Shown one piece after another: positions 39,019 to 49,867 of a stretch of 64,000 bases of DNA. Made by a program: the position numbers and the translations under genes. Each line of letters begins with the position of its first letter. Positions within the stretch are counted from its first letter, which is position 1. Source of the stretch: Candidatus Omnitrophota bacterium (lineage in GTDB: Bacteria; Omnitrophota; Gorgyraeia; Zapsychrales; JANLHA01). The notes below the pieces were generated by a model. The model saw only the letters and a program-made list of their open reading frames with translations, was not told where the DNA came from and ran no database searches. The stretch is from the NCBI GenBank assembly GCA_029560465.1, contig JAKQKX010000073.1, positions 15,411-79,410 of the forward strand. The letters are read 5' to 3'.

Positions 39019-40395
39019 TTAGTTTTTTTCGTCTTTTTTTACTTTTTCAAGACGGGCCAGCCAGTCCTTAATCTTCCTTTCAACACCCATTTCAGTCGGG
39101 AAATAATACTGTTTCTTTAAATAAACGTACTCTTGATCAACAAAATGATTAGCATAATTATGAGCATACTGATAGCCTTCTCCCCGGCCTAATTTTTGTG
39201 CCCCGGGATAGGAGGAATCCTTCAAATGTAACGGAACTTCTTGTGTCCTATGGGTTTTAATATCTTTTAAAGCGTTTTCCAGCCCCATATAGCTGGCATT
39301 GGATTTAGGCGCGCACGCGACATAAACAGCGGCTTGCGCCAAGGGGATTCTGGCTTCCGGCATGCCAATAAATTCCGAAACCTGCATAGCTGCGCTAGCC
39401 ACTATAAGCGCATGCGGATCCGCGTTTCCAACATCTTCCGCCGCGCAAATACAGATTCTCCGGGCTATAAACCGCGGGTCCTCCCCGGCAACGATCATTT
39501 TTGCCAGCCAGTACAAGGTCGCGTCCGGGTCAGTCCCCCGCATGGATTTGATAAACGCAGAGGCGGTGTCATAATGCGCATCCCCATCCCGGTCATACAC
39601 AAATTTCTTCTGAACAGACTCCCGGGCGACATCAACGGGAAAAAGAACCTCCCCAGAAGGGGACGAAGGAGTCGTTAAGACTCCGATTTCCAGGGCGTTA
39701 AGCGCCTTACGCGCGTCCCCGTCACTCATCTTCGCCAAAAACAGCAGCGCATCCTCATCGGCCTTCACGCGCAGCGCTCCCAAGCCTTTTTCTTTATCAG
39801 TCAGCGCCCGTTTTAAAATTAACACAATCTCCTCATTTCTCAATGCTTTAAGTTCAAAAACAAGGGAGCGGGAAATCAACGGGCCCACCAGGGAAAAATA
39901 GGGATTAAAAACCGTGGCCCCGATTAAAACAATGAGCCCTTCTTCCAGGTCCGGCAAGAGCACTTCCTGCTGGCTTTTATTAAACCGGTGAATTTCATCA
40001 ATGAACAAAATGGTCTTCCTGCCGCTGCTGTGCCAGCGATGCTGACCTGCGGCAAGAATTTTTCTCAACTCCTCGACATTGGACGTAACGGCATTAATCC
40101 GTACAAATGGACACGTGGTGGTGTGGCTAATACAGGCGGCGAGGGTTGTCTTCCCGACCCCCGGGGGGCCGTAGAGGATCAGGGAGCTTAAGCGATCGGC
40201 TTCAATAACGCGGGTCAGCAATTTCCCCGGGCCAAGGATATGTTGTTGGCCCACAATGTCCTTGAGCCGGGACGGCCGCATCCGATAACTTAACGGGGAC
40301 GCTTGTGGAGGAAAGTCATTCGGTCGCTCAACAAAAAGATCGCCGGCGTTTTCGTTCAGGGCCTTTTCTCTCATGATCAAACATGTTCGTTTCAA
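39019..40395 (-). CDS. rarA: Replication-associated recombination protein A (AAA+ ATPase)
   Basis: The Walker A is GPPGVGKTTLA and the Walker B is ILFIDEIHRFNKSQQ. The MgsA C-terminal domain is present. Confidence 0.9.
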   Translation of the reverse strand: MKRTCLIMREKALNENAGDLFVERPNDFPPQASPLSYRMRPSRLKDIVGQQHILGPGKLLTRVIEADRLSSLILYGPPGVGKTTLAACISHTTTCPFVRINAVTSNVEELRKILAAGQHRWHSSGRKTILFIDEIHRFNKSQQEVLLPDLEEGLIVLIGATVFNPYFSLVGPLISRSLVFELKALRNEEIVLILKRALTDKEKGLGALRVKADEDALLFLAKMSDGDARKALNALEIGVLTTPSSPSGEVLFPVDVARESVQKKFVYDRDGDAHYDTASAFIKSMRGTDPDATLYWLAKMIVAGEDPRFIARRICICAAEDVGNADPHALIVASAAMQVSEFIGMPEARIPLAQAAVYVACAPKSNASYMGLENALKDIKTHRTQEVPLHLKDSSYPGAQKLGRGEGYQYAHNYANHFVDQEYVYLKKQYYFPTEMGVERKIKDWLARLEKVKKDEKN

Positions 40396-40608
40396 TAAAA
40401 AACCCCACCATGCCGTCGGGCTTTAGAAACGGTGAACCCATTCCCTAAGTGGGAACCTCTCCGGAAAATCCAAGGACTTCCCAGAAGTTTAGCGTCCCGT
40501 CCTAAATGTGTTGGTTCAATTTATAGAGCCACTAACGTACACAGCAGGGCAAAAGTTATTATACCATCATTAGGTCTCTTGTAAAACAAAAGCTAAGAAG
40601 GCAGGGTA

Positions 40609-42639
40609 TTAACGCATGACGACACCCAATTGGTCGATCAAGGCTTGCGCGATATCCCCGTGGGCGATGGAAATATCCTCTTCGGTTAAAGTTTTAAGAG
40701 AGGATCTGTAGACGATGGAAAAAATAAACCCTTTATACCCCGGCTGAATTTTTTCACCGCGGTATTCTTCCAGGAAAGCAACGTCTTCCAAAAGCGCTCC
40801 TCCCTGTTTTAGAATAACCTCTTTCACTTTCTGAAAAGAAACATCCTCTTTGACGGCGAGGCTGATGTCTCGCGTTACGCCCGGGAATTCCGAAAACTTC
40901 TTAAAAGAGGGCTTCTTGCTTGCCAGCTTATATAGGGCTTCAAAATCACATTGAGCATAAAACACCGCCCGATGCTTAATGTCCCATTGCTGCAACAGGC
41001 CCCTGTCCACCTCTCCGACGCGGCCCAGAGCCGTTTTCCCGGCCCGGATACTGGCGCCCGTCCCCTTTTTAAAAAACGGGTCTTCGCATGCCTCATAGAC
41101 AACGGCCGTCAGGCCAAGGCGCGCAAACATTTGATCCAACGCCCCCTTAAGATCATAAAAATCCCACGCCCGATTGTGCAGGGCCCTCCAGTCCTTGTCC
41201 CTCGTTCCGCTGCCCATAACAGCCAGCATCTTGTACTCGGCTTGCCCTAAATAAATTTTTCCGATTTCGAAAATTTTATTGTCTTTCTGTCCGCGATGGA
41301 TATTGCTCCGGACAATCCCTAATAAACTCGGAAAGAGAGACGGGCGCATAACCTCCTGATCCAAAGACAAAGGATTTTTGACCCGGACAACCGGGAGCCC
41401 GGAAAGCCCGCTCTTATCCAAAGAACCCTGGCTGAGCAAAGAATAAGAAACTGTTTCGTTATATCCCTGTCCGATAAAAATATCCCGCAGCTTATGCGCA
41501 AAAGGATATTCCGGCTGTGGCGGGACATTCTGCGCCCGGACCAACGGGAGCGTGAGGGGCAGATTGTCATACCCCACGACCCGAGCGATTTCTTCAATCA
41601 CATCAACGGGGTCTTTAATGTCCGCACGCACGGACGGGGCAACGACCTTTAAAACCCCCGGCCCGCCGGCAGAAACCCGAAAATTCAACTTTTTTAAAAT
41701 AGTGCGGCATTTCGCAACGGTCAATTCGGAGCCTAACAACTCATTGATTTCCATCAAGCTAACAGTCACGCTTTTCCCCTGGGCCCGCACCCGGCCAGGA
41801 TTAACGTCCCTCCGGGCGACAACGCCCCCGCCGGCTTCAGTCAAGATCAAAGAAACGGCCCGGGCGGCCCCGGCTTCGACGGTGGCAAAATCCACGCCGC
41901 GCTCAAAACGATACGAGGAGTCGCTCTTAAGGCCGAGCAGCCTCGACGCCCTCCGGATTAAAACCGGATCAAAATAAGCGCTCTCCAGAAGAATCTTCCG
42001 GGTCTGGTTGGTCACTTCCGTGGCCAGCCCCCCCATAATTCCGGCAATGGCCACCGGGCGCTGTGCGTCAGCGATCACCAAAACCGACGGGTCCAACGCG
42101 CGCTCCACTCCATCCAAGGTCACAATCTTTTCTCCAGCTTTCGCCCGGCGCACAACAATCTTTCCCCCAATCAATTTGTCGTAATCAAAAGCGTGCAACG
42201 GCTGCCCGGTTTCCAGGAGGCAAAAATTAGTAATATCCACGACGTTATTAATTAACCGGCCACCCAAAGCAGACAAACGGGTTCCTATCCAGTCCGGGGA
42301 GGCTTTCACCTGCACAGGCTCAAGGACCGTTCCAATATACCGGCCGCAGTCTTTCTGATCGGCGATTTCAATATCGCATCTCGTCTTAGGATAAAGCAAT
42401 TTTTTAACTTTAGGAAGCTTTAAAGGCTTGTCTAAAACCGCCGAGAGTTCCCGGGCAATCCCCTGAAAATTCAAACAATCCGGGCGGTTGGGCGTGACCT
42501 CCATCTCCAAAATAACATCATCCCCGGCGTCTTCAATTTTTTCCACTTCCAGGCCGGCCATCGTTAATTTGTGCGCCAATTTTTCCGCCGGGAGCTGAAA
42601 GGACACATAATCTTTAAGCCATTTGATGCTGATCTTCAT
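40609..42639 (-). CDS. pheT: Phenylalanyl-tRNA synthetase beta subunit (short form, 676 aa)
   Basis: The N-terminus MKISIKWLKDYV, the B3/B4 and B5 domains, and a C-terminal ferredoxin-fold anticodon-binding domain are present. The ORF is about 110 aa shorter than typical bacterial PheT. Confidence 0.9.
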   Translation of the reverse strand: MKISIKWLKDYVSFQLPAEKLAHKLTMAGLEVEKIEDAGDDVILEMEVTPNRPDCLNFQGIARELSAVLDKPLKLPKVKKLLYPKTRCDIEIADQKDCGRYIGTVLEPVQVKASPDWIGTRLSALGGRLINNVVDITNFCLLETGQPLHAFDYDKLIGGKIVVRRAKAGEKIVTLDGVERALDPSVLVIADAQRPVAIAGIMGGLATEVTNQTRKILLESAYFDPVLIRRASRLLGLKSDSSYRFERGVDFATVEAGAARAVSLILTEAGGGVVARRDVNPGRVRAQGKSVTVSLMEINELLGSELTVAKCRTILKKLNFRVSAGGPGVLKVVAPSVRADIKDPVDVIEEIARVVGYDNLPLTLPLVRAQNVPPQPEYPFAHKLRDIFIGQGYNETVSYSLLSQGSLDKSGLSGLPVVRVKNPLSLDQEVMRPSLFPSLLGIVRSNIHRGQKDNKIFEIGKIYLGQAEYKMLAVMGSGTRDKDWRALHNRAWDFYDLKGALDQMFARLGLTAVVYEACEDPFFKKGTGASIRAGKTALGRVGEVDRGLLQQWDIKHRAVFYAQCDFEALYKLASKKPSFKKFSEFPGVTRDISLAVKEDVSFQKVKEVILKQGGALLEDVAFLEEYRGEKIQPGYKGFIFSIVYRSSLKTLTEEDISIAHGDIAQALIDQLGVVMR

Positions 42640-42654
42640 GGGAATGTCTTCTCG

Positions 42655-43686
42655 CTAAAATTGATTTAAAAACCGGTTGTCGTTTTCAAAAAAGATTCGG
42701 ATATCGTGAATGCCATATTTAAGCATCGCCATCCGTTCAACCCCCAGCCCGAAAGCCAGTCCCGTGTATTTCCCTTTTGGATAGTTGACGGCGGAAAACA
42801 CCTTAGGGTTCACCATGCCGCAACCCAAAATTTCCAGCCACCCTTTGCGCCCGCAAACGGAACAGCCTTTTCCTTTGCAGATATAACAGGAGATGTCCAC
42901 TTCGGCGGAGGGTTCGGTAAACGGAAAAAAATGGGGACGAAACCGCATGATGATTTCTTCACCGAAAAACCGCTTGCAAAAAACCGTTAAAAGCCCTTTA
43001 AGGTCAGAAAATTTCACGTGCTCATCTACCAACAACCCTTCTATCTGATAAAACATGAAGGAATGGCTAGCATCGACCGCGTCAGGCCGATATACTTTTC
43101 CAGGAATCACCACCGCCAGGGGGGGCGCGTATTTTTCCATAATACAAATCTGCCCCGGAGAGGTGTGAGACCGCAACAACAGGTGCCGGCCCGGGTTCCC
43201 GGGATCCTTAGATTCCAAATAAAACGTATCAAAGGCGTCGCGCGAGGGATGGTCCACCGGAATATTAAGGGCGGAAAAATTATGAAACTCCGTTTCCATT
43301 TCCGGCCCTTCCTGGACAACAAAACCCAACCCGACAAAAATCTGGCAAATATCGTCAATGATCTGGGTTAAAATATGTTTGTGCCCCAAAACAGGCGCGA
43401 CCCCAGGCAAAGTCACGTCAATCCGTTGTGTCGGATCGAAAGTTTCCTCCTGCACCCGCTTTTTAATGCCCTCGAGCGCTTCGGTTATCCGAGCACGCAA
43501 CTGATTGGCCCCTTTGCCGATCAACGGTTTTTCTTCAGGAGAGGCTTGCGAGAGGCTGGCAAAAATTTCCGGCAACAGTCCTTTTCGCCCCAAGTACTTG
43601 ACCCGGAGGGCTTCCGCCTCATCCAAATCCCGGCAAGCGTCTATTTCCTGCAAAGCCTTTTGCTGAATATCGTCGAAATTCCACAT
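42655..43686 (-). CDS. pheS: Phenylalanyl-tRNA synthetase alpha subunit
   Basis: It has the class II aaRS motifs and the region HPSRDAFDTFYL...FRPHFFPFTEPSAEVD. Confidence 0.9.
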   Translation of the reverse strand: MWNFDDIQQKALQEIDACRDLDEAEALRVKYLGRKGLLPEIFASLSQASPEEKPLIGKGANQLRARITEALEGIKKRVQEETFDPTQRIDVTLPGVAPVLGHKHILTQIIDDICQIFVGLGFVVQEGPEMETEFHNFSALNIPVDHPSRDAFDTFYLESKDPGNPGRHLLLRSHTSPGQICIMEKYAPPLAVVIPGKVYRPDAVDASHSFMFYQIEGLLVDEHVKFSDLKGLLTVFCKRFFGEEIIMRFRPHFFPFTEPSAEVDISCYICKGKGCSVCGRKGWLEILGCGMVNPKVFSAVNYPKGKYTGLAFGLGVERMAMLKYGIHDIRIFFENDNRFLNQF

Positions 43687-43775
43687 CTTTTTGGTTCCTC
43701 AACAAAAAATAATGGTCCATTATACCATCTTTTTATTTGTCCGAAAAGCCCTTTCCTGCGCCACTGACAGTTCCA

Positions 43776-45227
43776 TCATTTTCTCCATGCCGCGGGGACC
43801 AGTAAAATCAAAATGGAATACAGCTCTAATCGTCCGGCCAGCATGAGGAGCATCAGCATCCATTTGCCCGGCACGGAAATCCAGGCATAATTATGCGCGG
43901 CTCCGACTTTGGCCAACCCCGGGCCGACGTTGCTCAAGCTCGACAAAGAGGCGGAAAACGCAGTCTCAAGATCACATTGGTCTGTTATCGTCAACATCAG
44001 TCCGCCCAGGAAAAACAAAAAAACAAAAATAAAAAAATGCGCCAAAATACCGGAAGTCAAATGAGGAAGAACCGGCTTGCCGTCTATCTTCACGGGAAGC
44101 ACCGCGTTGGGAAAAAGAGCCTGTGTCAAGGACCCCCAGGCCATTTTGGCCGCCAGGACGACACGCCCCATTTTAAAGCCACCGCCCATAGAACCACTGC
44201 AAGCGCCGAAAAACATAAGGAGCAGGAGGCTAAACTTCACAAATACAGGCCACCGGTCAAAATCCGCCGTCGTAAATCCCGTCGTTGTTAATAAAGACAC
44301 CACCTGAAAAACCGTGTCCCGAACTGGATATGCGGCCCCGCCCGCAAAGCCCAAAACAACAAAGGTCAAAATTGCGACCAACGTCACCCCAGCGTAAACC
44401 CGGAATTCCTCACATTTCAAATACGCTTTAAACTCCCCTCTAAAAGCGCAAAAATGCAACATAAAATTTGTCCCTGCTAAAAACATAAACACAAGGATAA
44501 CCCATTGCACATAAGATCCGAAGGCGCCGATCCCCGCGTTCCGGGTAGAAAACGCGCCGGTCGCTACGGTGCCGAACGTGTGGCAGAGCGCGTCAAAAAA
44601 GGACATCCTCCCTAGCATCAACAGGCCGATTTCCGCCAAGGAAAGAACGCAATAGACCGCCCCGAAGATTTTTGCCGTTTCCTTGACGCTCGGCTGGATA
44701 CGCTCGGCTGTGCCGCCGAAAAATTCCGCTTTAAATAATCGAAAAGAGCTTTGTCCATAAGCCGGAAGAACCGCCAGATCAAGAACAATAATACCCATTC
44801 CTCCCAACCACTGCGTCAGGCTTCTCCAAAAAAGCACGCCGCGCGGCAAGCGTTCGACATTTGTGATAATCGTGGCTCCCGTTGTCGTGAATCCGCTGAC
44901 AGCCTCAAAGAAAGCGTCTGTAAATCCCTCAACGCTGCCGCTGAAGTACAGCGGCAACGCCCCAAAAAACGAAAGCCCAATCCACGAAAGCCCGACAATC
45001 GCCAGTCCGTCTTTCGCGTTAAGTTTCTGGTATTCCTCTTTTTTAAACCGAAATAAACGCCGGGACAGAAAGGATATGACCAGCCCGACGATAATCGTTA
45101 AAAGAAACGCTCGAACTTCCAGGCTGGATGGATCATCGCTCCAGGCCCATGCGAGCGGGGCCAGGAGGAACAGAGAAACAATTAAGAACATCCGGGAAAT
45201 CGTTGAGAAAACAAGGCGTTTGTGCAC
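43776..45227 (-). CDS. trkH: TrkH/KtrB family potassium uptake membrane subunit
   Basis: The 483-aa ORF has repeated M-P-M motifs with selectivity-filter-like glycines (TTTGFTT, TTTGAT, GGMGG). Confidence 0.85.
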   Translation of the reverse strand: MHKRLVFSTISRMFLIVSLFLLAPLAWAWSDDPSSLEVRAFLLTIIVGLVISFLSRRLFRFKKEEYQKLNAKDGLAIVGLSWIGLSFFGALPLYFSGSVEGFTDAFFEAVSGFTTTGATIITNVERLPRGVLFWRSLTQWLGGMGIIVLDLAVLPAYGQSSFRLFKAEFFGGTAERIQPSVKETAKIFGAVYCVLSLAEIGLLMLGRMSFFDALCHTFGTVATGAFSTRNAGIGAFGSYVQWVILVFMFLAGTNFMLHFCAFRGEFKAYLKCEEFRVYAGVTLVAILTFVVLGFAGGAAYPVRDTVFQVVSLLTTTGFTTADFDRWPVFVKFSLLLLMFFGACSGSMGGGFKMGRVVLAAKMAWGSLTQALFPNAVLPVKIDGKPVLPHLTSGILAHFFIFVFLFFLGGLMLTITDQCDLETAFSASLSSLSNVGPGLAKVGAAHNYAWISVPGKWMLMLLMLAGRLELYSILILLVPAAWRK

Positions 45228-45232
45228 GGCGA

Positions 45233-46588
45233 TTATGCCTTTTGTTTGACAAATAATTTCGTCAATTTTTGAACGGCATTATCCTGACAAAAAACAATCA
45301 CGCGTTCGCCGGCTTTAATTTGCGTTTCTCCGTTGGCTAAAAAAGCCTCCCCTCCAACAGTGATCGCACCAACAATAGAATTTTTTGGGAAAGAGATGTT
45401 TTTAATCAGGGCCCTTGTCACCGGAGAACCCGCGTCCGGGACAAACTCCAGGACCTCAGCCTTGCAATCCAAAAGCTTGATCATAGAACGAACGCCCTTC
45501 CCACGAACAAAGCGCAATATTTGCTGAACGGCCAGAAGACGCGGGGTAATAATCACATCGATATTCAACGCATCAATAATCGACAGGTAGGCCGGCTGCT
45601 GGCTGACGATAATGGTGGTTTTCGCGCCCATTCTTTTCGCCAGCACAGAGCTGATCAGATTTGAATGATCCTGGGAAGAAGCCGCGACAAAGACGTCTGC
45701 CGCTTCAATGCCGGCTTCCTTCAGCATATCGGGTTCCGCGGCAGAGCCATTGATAATCTGGGTCTCTTCCAAGAGGCTGGCGGCATTCTCAGCTAAAGCG
45801 CCATTTTCGTCGAGCAAAACAATATCCCTGATGATCGGGGTCAAACCTTGAGCAACGCGTATGCCAATATCAGACGCGCCGTAGATCACCGCTTTCTTGG
45901 GCTTTCGGATCGTCGGATCCACAAACGTAAGAAATTCGCCTAAAGAACCTGCCGGAAGCAGAACATAAATCCGATCGCCGACTTTAAGCGTATTGGCTCC
46001 TTTGGGAATGATCACCGTCCCGTCCCTGATGACAAAAACAATCAAAAACGGCCAAGGAAAATCGTTTGGATTAACTTCCTCTAATTTAATATTGCATAAC
46101 GGAGAGCTCTCCGGAAGCTCAAAGGCTCTCAATAATATCCGTCCATCGACAAAATCAGCGACTTCCCGCGCTCCGGGTGTCTCAATTGTTCTCACGATAG
46201 ACCGGGACGCGACCTCTTCCGGATTAATAATTTCATCGAGATGAAAAAGAGAGAGGCCCGACCGTAACAGCTCTTTACTCAAAGAACTGTTCCTCACCCG
46301 GGCAATCCTCCGTTTGGCGCCCAAAGAAGAAGCCAAGACACACACAGTTAAATTAACTTCATCTGACGTCGTGACCGCAACAACCAGATCCGCGCCCCCA
46401 GTCAGCACCTGTTTGAGTATTTCGGGATCCGCCCCGCTTCCGGTCACAATTTTAACATCCATTTTTTCCTGGATCTTCCGGACCGTCTCTTCATTCTGCT
46501 CGATTAAAAAAACTTCGTGATTCTCTTCCGTGAGAAAGCGTGCCAAATTAGAGCCGATTTCGCCTGCCCCGACGACAATAATTTTCAT
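45233..46588 (-). CDS. trkA: TrkA potassium uptake regulatory subunit (two NAD-binding RCK_N plus RCK_C repeats)
   Basis: MKIIVVGAGEIGSNLA recurs as KAVIYGASDIGIRVA in the second half. Confidence 0.85.
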   Translation of the reverse strand: MKIIVVGAGEIGSNLARFLTEENHEVFLIEQNEETVRKIQEKMDVKIVTGSGADPEILKQVLTGGADLVVAVTTSDEVNLTVCVLASSLGAKRRIARVRNSSLSKELLRSGLSLFHLDEIINPEEVASRSIVRTIETPGAREVADFVDGRILLRAFELPESSPLCNIKLEEVNPNDFPWPFLIVFVIRDGTVIIPKGANTLKVGDRIYVLLPAGSLGEFLTFVDPTIRKPKKAVIYGASDIGIRVAQGLTPIIRDIVLLDENGALAENAASLLEETQIINGSAAEPDMLKEAGIEAADVFVAASSQDHSNLISSVLAKRMGAKTTIIVSQQPAYLSIIDALNIDVIITPRLLAVQQILRFVRGKGVRSMIKLLDCKAEVLEFVPDAGSPVTRALIKNISFPKNSIVGAITVGGEAFLANGETQIKAGERVIVFCQDNAVQKLTKLFVKQKA

Positions 46589-46646
46589 TATTCGCTCTTC
46601 CTGCGTTATGCTGGCTAACGCCTGATTGTATTATCCTTCCTCTCAT

Positions 46647-46685
46647 AAAAAGACAGGACCCTATATTCTAGGGCCCTGAAAAAAA
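46647..46685 (-). terminator. Rho-independent terminator downstream of rplT
   Basis: The hairpin CAGGGCCCTAGAATATAGGGTCCTG is followed by a T-run on the minus strand. Confidence 0.55.
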
Positions 46686-46753
46686 TCATGTCTGTTGGTT
46701 CGACATAAACAAAAAATCGTGTTAAGGTTTCTCCCCGCAAGACGCAAATTGTT

Positions 46754-47125
46754 TTATGCCCCGGCTTTATTCACCACCGCATTCCGGGCGACAGCCACAA
46801 GCTCCTTAAAAGTATCAGGAGAATGAACCGCCAAGTCCGCAAGTATTTTCCGATTAATATCAACACCGGCAACGCTCAGCCCGTTCATAAACCGGCTGTA
46901 CATGATCCCGTTTTCCTGACAGGCCGCGTTAATACGAATGATCCACAATCCTCTAAACTCCCGTTTTTTAACTTTACGGTCCCGGTATGAATACGCCATA
47001 CCTTTAATGATCGACCGCTTCGCCTGCGAAAAATGCTTACTCCGGTGGCCAAATTGCCCCTTCGCAGCCTTCAACACCCGTTTTTTTCTCTTTCTCGACG
47101 GAACCGCCGTTCGCACTCTAACCAT
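46754..47125 (-). CDS. rplT: 50S ribosomal protein L20
   Basis: The sequence reads MVRVRTAVPSRKRKKRVLKAAKGQFGHRSKHF. Confidence 0.9.
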   Translation of the reverse strand: MVRVRTAVPSRKRKKRVLKAAKGQFGHRSKHFSQAKRSIIKGMAYSYRDRKVKKREFRGLWIIRINAACQENGIMYSRFMNGLSVAGVDINRKILADLAVHSPDTFKELVAVARNAVVNKAGA

Positions 47126-47315
47126 AAGGCAACAACCTCCTTATCTTCTTCTCATTCGCAGCAGATAAATACCCGCTTTTTCTCAACGCTCGTTTTCTCT
47201 TCCGTGTCTTTTTGCCAAGAATATGCTTTCTTCCGGCAGCAACTTTTTTAACCTTACCGCTTTTGGTTATTTTAAACCTTTTGGCGGCAGACCTGTTTGT
47301 CTTCAGTTTTGGCAT
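47118..47315 (-). CDS. rpmI: 50S ribosomal protein L35
   Basis: The protein reads MPKLKTNRSAAKRFKITKSGKVKKVAAGRKHILGKK from an ATG at 47315. The longer track ORF carries a spurious N-terminal extension. Confidence 0.85.
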   Translation of the reverse strand: MPKLKTNRSAAKRFKITKSGKVKKVAAGRKHILGKKTRKRKRALRKSGYLSAANEKKIRRLLPYG

Positions 47316-47438
47316 TCCTTTATCCCTCCTCACCCTCACCGCTAAGAGGCGACGCGCGCCAACCTCTTGCTGAACTTTCTTCTTTCGCAAATATCAAACA
47401 TTCTCTCCGCCATACAGGACACCCCACAGGATGATGGC

Positions 47439-47966
47439 TTATTTCTTATCTGACTTTGGAGAAAAAACAACCGACATAATCCTGCCTTCCATGATCGGGG
47501 ACTTCTCCGGCAGGCCATGCTCAGCGGTATCAGCGATAAAACGTTCCAGAATTTGCCGGCCCTGCTCCTTAAACGAAAGCTCCCGGCCCCGGAACATGAG
47601 ATTTACTTTTACTTTATCTTTTTTTTCTAAAAATGTTTTAACCTGTTTCAATTTTATTTGATAATCCCCTTCATCAATATGGGGCTTGACTCGAATTTGC
47701 TTAAGATGCGTGATTTTCTGATTCTTTTTAACACGCCGTTCTTTCTTTTCCTGATCATATTTGTACTTGCTAAAATCCATGATCCGGCACACCGGCGGTT
47801 TCGCTGTTGGAGCCACCTCGACAAGATCCAATTCATTGGCCTCTGCCAACTCGAGGGCTCGTTTAATCATCACAACACCTAACTGCTCGGAATTCGGGCC
47901 AATCACCCTGACTTCCGGGACCCTAATGCGATCATTGACACGGATGTTCTTTTGAATAACAATCAC
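47439..47966 (-). CDS. infC: Translation initiation factor IF-3
   Basis: The sequence reads RVPEVRVIGPNSEQLGVVMIKRALELAEANELDLVEVAP...KQVKTFLEKKDKVKVNLMFRGRE. Confidence 0.9.
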   Translation of the reverse strand: MIVIQKNIRVNDRIRVPEVRVIGPNSEQLGVVMIKRALELAEANELDLVEVAPTAKPPVCRIMDFSKYKYDQEKKERRVKKNQKITHLKQIRVKPHIDEGDYQIKLKQVKTFLEKKDKVKVNLMFRGRELSFKEQGRQILERFIADTAEHGLPEKSPIMEGRIMSVVFSPKSDKK

Positions 47967-47994
47967 CTCCTAACATCTTTTTCGTTAATAAAAC

Positions 47995-49725
47995 TTATTC
48001 TTTTAAAGCAATCTCCCGCTGCAACTGGGAAGAAAGGTCCTCAATTGTTTTGTTGCCCTGGTCTCCCGCCTGCCTCTTGCGGACAGATACCTGGCCTGAA
48101 GAAACCTCCCGGTCTCCCACAACAAGAAGATACGGTATTTTTTGCAGGGTTCCTTCTCGGATACGTTTATTTAAACTCTCGTTTCTCGCGTCAATTATAA
48201 CGCGCAGCCCCTGGCCTTGCAAATTCTCTTTTACCTTCTGTGCATATGCCTGATGACTATCTTTGATGGGAATAATCATTACCTGAACAGGTGCCAGCCA
48301 AAGAGGAAACGCCCCCGCATAGTGCTCTATCAAGGTGCCGATAAAACGCTCCACGCTCCCCAAAATAGCCCGATGGATCATGATCGGACGCTGGTTCTCC
48401 CCTTGCTCATTAACATACGTTAAATCAAACCGCTCCGGAAGGGCAAAATCACACTGAATCGTCGCGCATTGCCAAGACCGGCCTAAAGCATCTTTTAATT
48501 TAATATCAATTTTCGGTCCGTAAAAAGCCCCGTCTCCTTCATTAATATGAAAGGACACGTTTTTATTCTTCATAGAATTCTGAAGGACCTCTGTAGCGCA
48601 TTCCCAGTTTTCCACCGTACCGATAAATTTTTCCGGACGGGTGCTGAGCTCAATTTCATATTCCGTGAACCCGAAATCTTTCATCATCGAAAAAACAAAA
48701 TCAAGAACGCCCATCACTTCGGCCTGTAATTGATCCTGCCGGCAAAAGATATGCGCATCATCCTGCGTAAACCCTCTCACGCGCAACAGCCCGTGCAAGA
48801 CACCAGCTTTCTCCTGACGATAAACAGTCCCAAGCTCAAAAAACCGGATCGGCAGGTCACGATACGAGCGCATTTTGGATTTATATATCAGCATATGGCC
48901 CGGACAATTCATGGGCTTAACCGCATATTCTTCCTGATCTACCGAGAAATAATACATATTTTCACGGTAATACCCCGCGTGGCCGCTCATTTCCCAAAGT
49001 TTGCCCTTTAAAATATTCGGGGTCATGACAAAATCATACCCGCGTTTCATGTGCTGAGCTCGGACATAATCCTCAATATTTTTTCGTAACATCGCCCCGG
49101 CTGGATGATAAAAAACCAACCCCGCCCCGGCAGCTTCATGATAAATATTAAACAAATCTAATTGGGTGCCTAGCTTGCGGTGGTCCCTTTTCTGTGTTTC
49201 TTCAAGATTCTGCAGATGCTGCGCCAACTCTTCCCTGCTGGCAAAGCACGTTCCATAAATTCTCTGCAGCATGGCATTGTTTTCATCCCCGTGCCAATAG
49301 GCCCCGGCTAAAGACAATAATTTAAACGCTTTAATTTGCCCGGTGCTTTCCGCGTGAGGGCCTTTACAAAGATCCACAAAACCATCACCGGTTTTATATA
49401 TAGAAATTTTTTCGTCCGGAAGATTTTCGATCAGCTCTAATTTATAATCTTCCTTTAATTCCTTAAACAGCGCAATCGCCTCATTTTTGGGCAGCACGCT
49501 TTGCCGCAAGGGTAAATCTTGATTGATGATGCGCTGCATTCGCTGTTCGATTTTTTCCAGGTCTTCCGTTGAAAAGGGCTCTCTCTTGTCAAAATCATAA
49601 TAAAAACCGTTTTCAATGGCCGGGCCAATAGCTAGCTTTACGTCTGGCCAAAGCTCTTTAACCGCTTGCGCCATGACATGCGAACAGGTGTGCCTCAATG
49701 GTTCTATAGACGAATTTTTACACAT
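47995..49725 (-). CDS. thrS: Threonyl-tRNA synthetase lacking the N-terminal TGS (N1) domain
   Basis: The class II catalytic core, an N2 editing-like region ([16 protein letters not shown]) and a C-terminal anticodon-binding domain are present. The ATG at 49725 is the likely start. The upstream TTG at 49749 lies inside tRNA-Val. Confidence 0.85.
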   Translation of the reverse strand: MCKNSSIEPLRHTCSHVMAQAVKELWPDVKLAIGPAIENGFYYDFDKREPFSTEDLEKIEQRMQRIINQDLPLRQSVLPKNEAIALFKELKEDYKLELIENLPDEKISIYKTGDGFVDLCKGPHAESTGQIKAFKLLSLAGAYWHGDENNAMLQRIYGTCFASREELAQHLQNLEETQKRDHRKLGTQLDLFNIYHEAAGAGLVFYHPAGAMLRKNIEDYVRAQHMKRGYDFVMTPNILKGKLWEMSGHAGYYRENMYYFSVDQEEYAVKPMNCPGHMLIYKSKMRSYRDLPIRFFELGTVYRQEKAGVLHGLLRVRGFTQDDAHIFCRQDQLQAEVMGVLDFVFSMMKDFGFTEYEIELSTRPEKFIGTVENWECATEVLQNSMKNKNVSFHINEGDGAFYGPKIDIKLKDALGRSWQCATIQCDFALPERFDLTYVNEQGENQRPIMIHRAILGSVERFIGTLIEHYAGAFPLWLAPVQVMIIPIKDSHQAYAQKVKENLQGQGLRVIIDARNESLNKRIREGTLQKIPYLLVVGDREVSSGQVSVRKRQAGDQGNKTIEDLSSQLQREIALKE

Positions 49726-49734
49726 GATTAAAAA

Positions 49735-49811
49735 TGGTGGGCGGTACAAGACTCGAACTTGTGACCTTCACGATGTCAACGTGACGCTCTAACCAACTGA
49801 GCTAACCGCCC
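49735..49811 (-). tRNA. tRNA-Val (anticodon GAC), with the CCA end encoded
   Basis: My manual fold gives acceptor GGGCGGT/ACCGCCC, D-arm GCTCAGTTGGTTAGAGC, anticodon stem TCACG/CGTGA with loop TTGACAT, and T-arm ACAAGTTCGAGTCTTGT. Confidence 0.85.
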
Positions 49812-49867
49812 ACAAAAATTTTATGCCTTTGTTTTATATTTATGCCCGCAAAGAATGCTCACGTACA

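Noticed and set aside
47118-47390. 90-aa extended form of L35
   Set aside because: The first 25 residues (MRKKKVQQEVGARRLL...) do not match L35. The canonical MPKLKTNRSAAKRF start at 47315 gives the expected 65-aa protein.
47995-49749. 584-aa ThrRS starting at the track's first codon
   Set aside because: That first codon is a TTG lying inside tRNA-Val, so I used the ATG at 49725 instead.
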